From Amphiscolops sp. MND2022 (Eukaryota), in the NCBI GenBank assembly GCA_964187785.1, contig OZ076409.1, forward strand, positions 61,010,001-61,074,000: a DNA stretch of 64,000 nt. Reading direction: 5' to 3'. Shown piece after piece: positions 11,479 through 22,004 of this stretch (position 1 is its first letter; every line of letters begins with the position of its first letter). A program made the position numbers and the translations under genes. The notes below the pieces were generated by a model that made no database searches, was not told the origin of the DNA, and saw nothing but the letters and a program-made list of their open reading frames with translations.

Positions 11479-14400
11479 ATGTCTGATCAGGCTTGCTCAT
11501 CGCAGTCACAAGCAGTGACGTGTGAGAAATGCGGGCAGTTGTTGCCAAATACTGAAAGGCAGAATGAAGCACCATCATACAAGAAGTACAAAAAAAGCTC
11601 GACCAACCTATTTTCTTGTACCAATGGCACCTGTGATTACGTCACTGATCGGTTGTTCAACCTCCAGCGTCATGAGAAGCAGTGCCCAGGAATGCCCTAT
11701 GAGGACTGGAAGAAAAAAGAACTGACCTGTGAGAATTGTGGACAGTTATTCACTAATAAGAAAAGTCGGATGCGTCATCAAAAGAACGCTAAGTACTGTG
11801 TCAAGCAGAAAGCCAAAATTGATGCCGGCATAGAAGTCTCCATGTACAAATATCGTAAGTTATTTAGCCTTACTGAAATTATTGAGTTTTTCGCTCGAAT
11901 ACTTATGATCTGGAAAGATATAAAGAACGGGCGGGGGGTTTGGGAGGAAGATTAACAAAAAATCCAAATCAAAATGTTTACACATGTTTGTTTTCCAGCA
12001 GCTGCAAAAGGTCGTCAAAAAAGTCCCCATATTTGTCTGAGTTGTGGCAAGTTGTTCGCGTACCAGTACGTACTCCGGAATCACGTCGCAAGATCACTAT
12101 CTTGCCAAGTAGCCCTAGCTCCAATGCCTGTTGATGTCACCTTCTCAGAGTATCCCCCATCTCCTTTTGGTACCACAGGGTACTTTGAATTTTGCGAGAG
12201 AATTCCTCTGGAATGTGGGTTTTCTTTCGACGAGTGGCAGGGCCCTCAGGAGAATCCAAGTGTGCATTTAGGCTCTCTGTTGCAACACGGCATACCTCTG
12301 CTTTGGAAAAGTGGTGCAAACCATTGTCCTGGTATACAGCTTCCCAAAGTTGACAGGAGTGCGCATTTTCCCAGTGAAGTCCAGCAACTCCTGATGGCAT
12401 CAAATTTGACTGATCCGGAGCAGCAACTAGATGTGAAATCGGCAAAGATCGGCACTGTAAGTTTTTCATTATCTTTTCGCAAAAATACTGTCTTTTAAAA
12501 AACCAAAATGTCTCGTATATTGGATTCATGTAGTGTTTTATCTATTTTTTTCACATTTCACCATGGTTATTATTTCACAAAAATTATTCATTACCTCTCT
12601 CCAATAAAACGATATGAATACTTCCTAGTTTCAGACGCAATCTCTATCCATACCGGAGTTCGTAGATGTTTTGAATTCATGTGACCCTGATGACGTGAAG
12701 TATCCACTGAATGTTATTGATATCAGGATGAAGCCAAAAGTGAGTTGGGAAACTTGATGAAAGAATAACCTCATTTTTCAACTATTTTCATTTTTTAAAC
12801 TAAGTTTTTGTGTTTAAGAAGCTGTACACAGTCCCAAAGATGGTGAGAGACAATTCCATTGGTCACCTGGTTGAAAAACTCATTGGGAAGACTAGCCTCG
12901 AGCCTTATTCATGTGCCACTTCATATTATCTGCTGATTACGCAGGACTCAGCGCACACAACTTGGCACCAAGACTTTTCAGCAACTTCTGTTTGCTATAC
13001 TGTTCTTCGTGGCGAGAAAATTTTTTTCTTGGTCAAGCCAACAAAAAAGAATATGGCAATCTTCGAGAAATGGTCAGATGCAGAAAATGACCAAACGTAA
13101 GCGTTTTTAATTGAAACTAACGAAGAGTTTTTGAATTTTATAAGAGTTGATTATAAATTTATAAATTAATTTTTTTCAACGAAACAACGGACACCAATAA
13201 CTACAGAAACAGTGCATAAAAACTAGTTTTGATTTAGTTTGATGTTTCAGGCCCACATTCTTTGGTGCCATCAATGAACTGGAAGAAGGATGCCTCCGAC
13301 TCAATGTTACACCCAGTGACATGCTAGTTATGCCTGCCAACTACCTTCATTTTGTCCTCACGAAAGGTATTATGGTCTTCTTTAGTCTCTTTGAGTTATG
13401 AAAGAAGTGTCAGTTGGTCTTTTTCGTAATTCGCTTTTACGTACACTTGACTAATTCTGAACGAATTTAGCTGACGATCTCTTTCTAGTGTTGGATTCAT
13501 TTTTGTAATTTTGGCGTTTTTTCCGGTATTGGCACGATGCATAATTTTGCCACAACTTAATACTTTCTTTTTCACTCTACAGTGTCAATACTCGTTTGCA
13601 TGTTTTCCGCGTTCGATTTACACTCTCTCGCGATTTGATTGGTCCGTTTCTTCTCGCCAATACCGTCCGTTTTAATTCGTTTGTGAACTTGTCTACTACC
13701 TTTACGGTGAACCAATCTTTGAATAATTCCTCAGATTGAATGATTGATCCTTCACATTAGGAAGGATGCCTTGACAAATAGTCAGCTATTCCCAGAGTTC
13801 TCCCCGGTGTTTGTTCAATATGAAAATCGTACGGCAAAAACCGATCTACCCAGGCTTTAAAAAGTCTTTGTCTCACGAAAACATTGAAAACAATTTTGCA
13901 AGGCATTTTATTAAAAATTGCATTTATTTATTACTGTCTTGTCATCGAAGTATGACAGATTTCTGTCAACTGCCATTTTTCATAAGCATTTAACAAATGA
14001 GTTCGTTCTTGAATGGTCCTAAAACGATTGTGGAAAGTAAGACCATAACGTTATACATGTGTCGTGGAAACCGCATACTAATCTTAAACTGTAAGAAAAC
14101 AACTACCAAAGGGGGTAGTACGTCAATATTTAAATCTGACTGTAATGTCCTGGTTTCCACCATTTTGAGCATATTGTCTTGGATTCCACCAAAATAGCAT
14201 TCACTGTTCAATGTCTAACAATTCTGAGTCTTTAACAAAGTAATACAATGTAAAATTTGGTTTCGAAGTTATGCAAGTTTTTGCTAGGCAGTATTCCATT
14301 GCTAGCTAACAATTAATTAGAATCCTAATTACGGACAAGTGAGATCAACAATTTCTCTTTGTTCAGCTATTGCTATTGAACCGTGAATCAGAACAATTTG

Positions 14401-15757
14401 AAGCTGAATATGAACATTGTAAACGCGACCAGGCCGCCCATATTTTGTCCCCGGTGTCCCAACCATCATGACATGTAATAGCAACGAATACTTTTCTCCT
14501 TGACTTGTAATAAACACAAAATTTGTCTCAAAAGTCCTAGTCTCACGAAAACACCTATCAATTTTGCATGGCATTTTTTGAAAACATGGCATTTATTCAT
14601 AACTGTCTTGTCATCAAAATGTGGCAGATTTTGATCAATTGCCATTTTTTCATTAGCACTCAACGAATGAGCTCGTTCTTGAATGGTCCCAAAACGACTA
14701 TAGAAAGTAAGACCATATCTTTATACATGTGTCGTGGAAACCGCATACTAATCTTAAACTGTAAGAAAACAACTACCAAAGGGGGTAGTACGTCAATATT
14801 TAAATCTGACTGTATTGTCCTGGTTTCCACCATTTTGAGCATATTGTCTTGGATTCCACCAAAATAGCATTCACTGTTCGATGGCCACGAAAGCGACTGT
14901 GGAAAGTAGGACCATATCTTTATACATGTGTCGTGGAAACCATATACATATCTTAAACTGTAAGAAAACAACTACCAAAGGGGGTACGTCAACATTCAAA
15001 TCTGACAGTTTTGTACTGGTTTCCACCAAAAAATTTTTTTACTCACGATTGGAACCAAAAAATAATTCTGTCTTTCCTCAATCAAATCGTTACAGGTGAC
15101 TCAATTGCAGTGGGGACCAATTTTTTGGCCCTTGGACACATTCCTATGATACGGGAGATGATGATCCTTGACCATTCGAGGACTTACGCGGATGACAAAT
15201 TCCCTGATCTTCCCGAGCTGCTGGCATTGCTTCTTCTCACTGCAACAGAAAAAATTCAGAGAGCTTGTCCTTTCAAGTTTCGTTTGTTCGACGCAGTTAA
15301 AACAATTGTTAATGAAAAGGCCGTCCAGGAGGTTTTTACAATTTGACTTGAAAAACTGTTCATTTTAAATTCATAGTGTTTCACTTGTTCAACTTATTTT
15401 CTTTTTAATTTGCAGATTCATCCACAGTTTTGCATGAGCAAGTTGCGATTGCTTCTGGGCAGGAAACAACCAACCGGAACCCTCCAAGATGCCACAATCT
15501 CCAAAAAATATCTGGCGTGCGTCAGCATTAAATGTCCCGGTGACTCCTACGCAACCATCCCCGATTACATTAACAATGTAGATGTTCTGAGTGAGTCGCG
15601 CGAGACCCGTGTCTCGACAGTTGAACTTCTGAGGGAGAATTCGCAAACTCCAAAGTTTTGCGAAAACAAATTTCGACCTCATGCACTACCGATTATGGCT
15701 TCACTAAAAGGCATTAGAACTATCCCTAAAGAGGATGAACTCTTTGATATATGTTGA
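11479..15757 (+). CDS. C2H2 zinc-finger + JmjC histone-demethylase-like protein (KDM2/KDM7-PHF8-like), 7 exons, ~636 aa
   Basis: Exons 11479-11854, 11999-12456, 12635-12739, 12819-13096, 13251-13366, 15096-15331 and 15416-15757 join in frame via GT-AG. Motifs: CTNGTC..LQRHEKQC, CENC..RHQK, CLSC..RNH; TTWHQDFSATSVCYTVLRGEKIFFLVKPT; MPANYLHFVLT; GDSIAVGTNFL. The HxD...H metal triad is intact. Confidence 0.88.
13400..13852 (-). pseudogene. Gypsy pol (RNase H C-terminal) fragment inside JmjC intron 5
   Basis: Minus strand reads WVDRFLPYDFHIEQTPGRTLGIADYLSRHPS*. The left boundary is approximate. Confidence 0.8.
13853..15062 (-). repeat. A(-) / spacer C / A(-) module plus a half family B hairpin, within JmjC intron 5
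   Basis: 13993-14990 duplicates ~10170-11160; TTTTACTCACGATTGGAACCAAAA at ~15037-15060. Confidence 0.92.
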
Positions 15758-15914
15758 CTGTTTTTATTCACCATTATTCTATTTGTTTTCAAGGTTGTCA
15801 TTCAACAGAGTTTCTAGTTTCTTTTCCTTCTTGAAATTTTAAATATAAAAAATTGCAAATTAGAAAACGAAATGTGAAACCATTGGATTCACAAATTACC
15901 ACATTTTTCAATTC

Positions 15915-18000
15915 TGTATGAGACAAAAATAAGAAACAAGCAATCTATCTGTTACTGTTGACGATGACTTCTACTAAGTCCTAAGTCTAGATGCTGTACC
16001 GTGTTTGTCATTTATGTTTGTCAACAACTAGACACTTTTCTTATTTGAATGAGGTCAGTTTCGAGAGTATAGCGTAGCCTCTCTCACATCCCCCGATTTA
16101 ACACAAATTTGTATTTATTGTACAGGCGTGTAATAATATAAATTGTACAATTGCCAATTTACGAAACTGAAAATTTTTCTTCTTCTAAGAGTAGTTTGTA
16201 GATTTTACAGAGTAGTTTGTAGGTTTAGTTTTCATCGTTTTCTTCTTCTCTTCTCGGGCTTTTGGTTATTTGTGAAACCATTATGTTGTTGCCAAAGAAG
16301 TCGGTTTTGGGCCGGTTTCTGTTTCCTCGGCGTGGTGGGTTCGGCAGTTGTTGTACTTCGTTTTGATTGGTAGTGTCTATCATGGTTGCTGGGTTTTGCT
16401 CGCTTCTGTTGTCTTCTTCTTCATTGTCTTGCTTTTTTTCTTTGATATTGGGTTCGGCTTCTTGTTGTGGCCACATCTCTTCTTCTGATTCGCTTCCGAT
16501 TTCTGTGATTTGTTCTGGTTTTTGATTTTGTTTTGCTCTTTTCATCTTCTTCCCCTCCTTTGTTTTCTTTACTTTTTGCTTTAGTTGTTCTAGTGCTGAT
16601 TTCTTTTTTCGTCGCTGTTCTGTTGTTGGAGTTGGCGGGCGTGATGTTTCTGGCAAGTTCATGGTGATTGGCAGGTCATCTCTTGTTGCCACTTCTGAGC
16701 TGCTGTCGTCCTCGCTTGTGAATGGCTGGTTTCCCGCCAATGCCGTGCCTGTATTTTGTGACGCTAGTTGCTTTGTTGCTTCGCGGGAGCAGCATGGTTG
16801 GTTGGTGTTGTTCGCCACGTCGCGTTTGGAGATGATCGTTGGCTGATTTCTGCCTGCTGGCAGGAAGTTTATTGTATGATTCGATTGCTCGAGCAGTACC
16901 CCCTTCTTTTTCTTGTAGGCCCTCTCAAGCTTTGTGCCTCTTGTCCTCTCGCGTACCATGATAGTTGAGTCCTGTCCCGACTCGAAGTCTGTGTCGCTGA
17001 GTTGGATGGCTGGCTGTGGTTGATCTGAAATATTCCGAAACGAATTTAGTCTCTCTATTTTGCCATTTCCGCGGTGGTCCCTTTCTGGACATTCTATGTG
17101 GCGGATTAGTCGTTTTTGGCAAAATTCCTAAATCGCCTACTTCGGAAAATTGTCGCCGGGTCCGTTCTTATGGTCTGTGGAATTCCGTGCCTTGTAATAT
17201 AGTTCTTTAAAACTTCTATTACCTTTTCTGTGGTTGGCTTTCTTAAAAACTTTGCTTCCGGCAATCCCGAAAAGTGATATACTGATACTAAAAGGTACTT
17301 TTTTGCGTTTATGGCGTTTTGGAATGGGCCGGCGAAGTCAATTGCTATCTCTTGATTACATTCTTTACTTTCAGGCAATTTCCCTATTTGTTTTTGGCTA
17401 AGTATTGTTTTTATGTTCTAACCAGATTCTTTGCATTGGGGGCATTCTCTGGCGATTGTGACTACCTCTCGATGCAGTCTTGGCCACCACACATTAGAAA
17501 TTGTTGCCAACATGGCATCTCGCCCCGGGTGCCCGTAGTGCAGTGATCTCATGATGATTGGTCTTAGCGTCTTGGGGATTACTAATCTTTCGTCCATGTA
17601 GACGAAGTCGTTGGCATCTAAGCTGAGGCACTTGTACTTCTCTCTCCATGGTGTGGGGAGGCGGTTGATTTTCGTGCTGTCTGGTCTTTTGAGCAATCCG
17701 ATAATTTTTTGCATGAATTCGTCTGATTCATACTGTGCTGCAAACGTGTGATTTCCCAGTTGCTGTAGTACTTCAATTTGATTTATGGAGTAACAAATAG
17801 GGCTTTTTATTGGTGGCATAATTGCCGCTTGAATTATATCATCGTTCATTTCTGCGTGATTATCAGATTCGACTTGTCGCTCGCTTTTGCTTGTGGAAGA
17901 CTGCGTTTTAATTACTGACCGATTAGCCAATCAGAAGCGAGAACGAGTATTTACCGTATCAGAGCAAAACGGCAGTTCGCTTCAAAATGCCAAAACAGAC
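15915..18000 (-). mobile_element. Degenerate gypsy 3' half (integrase fragments, PPT, possible short LTR ~15915-16088)
   Basis: HYGHPG..CPQC (17418-17930), IDFAGP..TDP (17106-17378), C-terminal tail 16225-16959. GGGGGA-TG junction at ~16088-16094 on minus. Confidence 0.85.
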
Positions 18001-18354
18001 AAAAGCTTCAAGTTTGACGAAAACGCAGACAGCGTGGATTGAATCGAATTGAATAAACAGAAGAAGCCGAAATTAAAAACTGAGTACCCTGTAAAAACCT
18101 AAACAATTGTTACATCATTATTTATGTAGCTAATTGGTAAGCCAACTAGCATTTTAGTTTGTGTTACGATTTTCGTAAATTGTAATGTAAATTGAGTGAC
18201 ATTGACATTGAATAAACCCACAGATTGTAACCCCTGATCTTTGATCATAATAATAAGAAAAAGATAAAATAATCATTCACGCCATAACATGATGATCTGT
18301 CAATTCATTTGCCATATTATTTAGGTTTGCCAGACTTGAAAATAGCGTTGATAA

Positions 18355-21352
18355 CTATAGAAAAATTTTGTTCAGAGTGTTTTCCGTCATGTTAGGCAGA
18401 TCAGCCTCGAATGCGTTCAGTGTAGAAATAAGACGTTCGACGCCTACTGATATGCAACTCACAAAGGCGTAAATATCTATCTGCGAAGGGTCTGAATTAC
18501 CTTTAACACAAACCTGTGAGAAAAACAGTAACATGTTAAACAACCCGCCTAAAGATTCAAAAGAAGTTGAGCAGAAGATTTCAATTGAGGATAGCATTAA
18601 GTACAGTAAACAATACATGCTTTGAGTCACATATTCCTTACTCTATAACACACAATGAAATCGAGTTTGTAGAGGTACAGGACGTTGGGTTTGTCATTAG
18701 ATTCTCCTTCATTGTAAACTGGTTTGATATAAGGATCGATAACTATCTGAACACTTGAAGTGACCACGACATGCTACGAAGCTACATCGAATCATGAAAA
18801 ATCCGAATTCACGATGTTCAGTGAACCTCAATATTTTGATGAAAGCATCTTCACCTTCTTTGTTACTTGCGATCACGTCCCATCGTTTCCCAAGCACACT
18901 GTCCCATGACTGATTAGACCCTTTGAAGTCATTGCTGATATCCCCAGAAAATTTCACTGTTTCTTTCGAGGACGTCGTTTCAAAACCACACATTTTACGG
19001 GTCAATGGCGTCGCTGGAATCAATGATTTTGTCATTGAATGTTTTTTCTGGGCGAATCCAACCATCTTTTTGACTGCTGAAAACACCGCGAATGCTTGGT
19101 TAATAGGATGAACTAGCATGTGGATATTGAATTCTTCTATTTCGTCTTCGATAACTTGAACTTCTAGTGCGGGCATGCGTACTTCAATATCGGGGTTTGT
19201 TTTTCCTATCATTTTAACAAACGCTTTTCGTTTGCTGCAATCAAAGAACAGTTCTTTTACTTCAAACGCCGCGTTTGCATAGTTGGTGAGAGACCCAACT
19301 TTCAGGATGTTGTTATAGCATGGCGCATACTTCAACTCAACATTCTCGTCACTGTGTGGTATCAAAGATACTGCATCCACAAAAGGTATTGTTTTTGGGG
19401 GGCATCGCTTTTTTGGTACGGGAGGCCTGGAATCGATTATGGTCGGAGGTGATTCAGGTTCTTCGTTGGTGTCATCTGGAGCAGTCTCATCAGGCAAGCT
19501 TGCCCGTAATTGTCGATAAGAGACAAAAAATTGTTTTCCTTCGTCATCAACGACCAAGCACTGTCGCAGGAACGGATCGTTGATCATCACTGTCGCAGTA
19601 ACAACTGACCCGCAGCAAGTAACCTCGCAATTTTCGAAGTCGCCGATACAGTCACAATCTTCGTCATTTGATTGCCAAAAGAAAACTTCGTCATTGCGCA
19701 TTAACTTCCTTGGATTGAAAGGCAAGCTTCTACCCCGTTTGTTTCTCAGAGATTCATCCAGTTTTTGGGCTTTTCTAATATTCCAACGTCGCTGAAAAAA
19801 TTTGAAAATTACTTCTCGATTTTCAAATTTCTATCAACTTCAATCATGGGTTTCTTTGAAAAAAAATTATGTGGAGGATATCAACACGTGGATTGTCATT
19901 GAAATCTGGCAGATTTTGCTAAACTGCCATTTTTCCATAAACATTCAACGAATGAGTTCGTTCTTGAATGGTCCTAAAACGATTGTGGAAAGTAAGACCA
20001 TATCGTTATACATGTGTCGTGGAAACCGCATACTAATCTAAAACTGTAAGAAAACAACTACCAAAGGGGGTAGTACGTCAATATTTAAATCTGACTGTAA
20101 TGTCCTGGTTTCCACCATTTTGAGCATATTGTTTTGGATTCCACCAAAATAGCATTCACTGTTCGATGGCCACGAAAGCGACTGTGGAAAGTAGGACCAT
20201 ATCATTATACATGTGTCGTGGAAACCATATACATATCTTAAACTGTACGAAAACAACTACCAAAGGGGGTAGTACGTCAATATATAATTCTGACTGTATT
20301 ATTGTACGTCAATAATGAAATTTTGATATACCGTATTAGTGTCATGGAAAATTTGCTCAAAATTCAATGACGTTTTAGAATATTCTGACGTTTGTTTATC
20401 TCTGGCTAAAAATTGAAAACTGGCAGATTTTGATGAAGTGGTACATTTTTGATTGGTTAGCATTTTTAGAGGCCGGCTTTTAATCGCTCGAAAGATATTA
20501 TGGACATGATTTGTCTCTCTGACTTCTAGTAGCAACCAATTTTGCCTGAAAAAGCAATTCAAAGGTGAAACTAATCACGAATAATTTTGGTCCCAATCGT
20601 GAGTAATTTTTTTACTCACGATTGGGACCAAAATATCACAAAATCTTTTTTCAATTTAGTATACTAAAAGGCCTCCTTTTTGTCCTCACGAAAGATATTG
20701 AGGACATGTTTTGTCTCTCTAACTTCTAATAGCAACGAATTTCGGCTAAAAAAGTAGTTCAAAGGGGAAATTAGTCATGATTAATTTTGGTCCCAATCGT
20801 GAGTAAGTTTCTTACTCACGATTGGGACACAAATATCACGAAATCTTTTAAATTGGAACCATGATTTAACTTTCATTTTTTGAATTTCCATGCTGGAAGT
20901 AGGACTTCTCAATTTTTGATTTTAAATGCTAGCCCTATTTATAAGTAGTATGTCAAGGTTTAAATCTCAATTTTCGGTTTTGCCCTCGGGAAATTTATGA
21001 TTTTCTTGTTTGGCATTTTCTACTGATTTGGCATTTTCGAATATCTGGCTTGTCGTCCAAGTTTGGCAAACTTTGTTAAACTTCCGGTTCTAGTTTGTTC
21101 ACTCCGACGTATGAGCTTAGCAAGGTATTCAATTTTAAAGTTCGATTTGTGTATTTTTTGTCCTCAAAACCTGTTTAGTATTTCATCGGAACTATGGCCT
21201 AAGAAATGAGAGAATTGTGGAAAATATTTCGAAAAAAAGTATTGAAATGTTATAGCAACCTCATCTTCCCTGTCGACTTCTGGCACTGTTATGTCAACTG
21301 CTTTTCTCGTAGACCACTCCATCCATTTGATTCTGACACTCCAGTCACTCAT
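18355..21352 (-). CDS. Unknown protein gene (core ORF 18709-19725), probably spliced, with one apparent frameshift
   Basis: Acceptor TTTTTTCAG precedes 19791 in frame with the 338-aa ORF. Candidate first exon is 21352-21260 (weak GTTGCT donor). A shifted frame from ~18755 runs to a GTAAGG donor (18641), and the last exon 18513-18355 is in phase. Confidence 0.55.
19890..20835 (-). repeat. Composite A + B repeat block
   Basis: A units at 19950-20300; B units with hairpins at 20585-20633 and ~20785-20829 (period 200). The block is the reverse complement of ~33445-34320. Confidence 0.92.
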
Positions 21353-22004
21353 GATTGCAGTGATTTTTGCAAGCTCCCAAATAAATGTTAGAGGGTCCAG
21401 GATATGGACAACTTCGTTCGTTTCGAACTTTTGAAGAAGTATTACTGCGTTTAAAGGTTGAATAGTTTGAGACTGACTGGAATAGTCACCTTATCAATAG
21501 TTCAATTAACGTCCACTGGGGAAATAAAGAGAAATTCCATTTCCTGCGTCAATTTCAAAGCTGGGGCAAAATGACGCCGCTTATAATTGAAGCAGAGGTG
21601 ATGCTTAATTACTGTTGCTGCTCAGATCCAATGAACACCCACTGGCAAAGTAAAGTAGTGCCTGGCAATTGATGGCATATTCAATTGGGGCGTCAAGTCG
21701 ACACCGCTTATGATGAGGCGGCAAGTTGAAACCGCTTAGGATTGAAGTAGGGACGATGCTTACTGTTTATCCTAAGGTTCAATTAATACTCACCTTTGAA
21801 ATTAATTAGGAGATCTTTGGGGCATTTCATCGCCGCCTATAATTAAAAAAGATGACGCTCGATTTTGGTTGATAGCGATTGTTTGATAAAGATTTGCTCA
21901 GTTTCTTTCAAACCATTTTCACAATCAGTAGCTTCCAGTCTTCTCGAATATACATCACAGTTCCTTCCAAGTTTTTGAATCGCTTGGTTGCAACTGAATA
22001 ACTA

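Noticed and set aside
18709..19725. RAG2-like partner gene
   Set aside because: No kelch repeats or PHD finger are recognisable here or elsewhere in the window.
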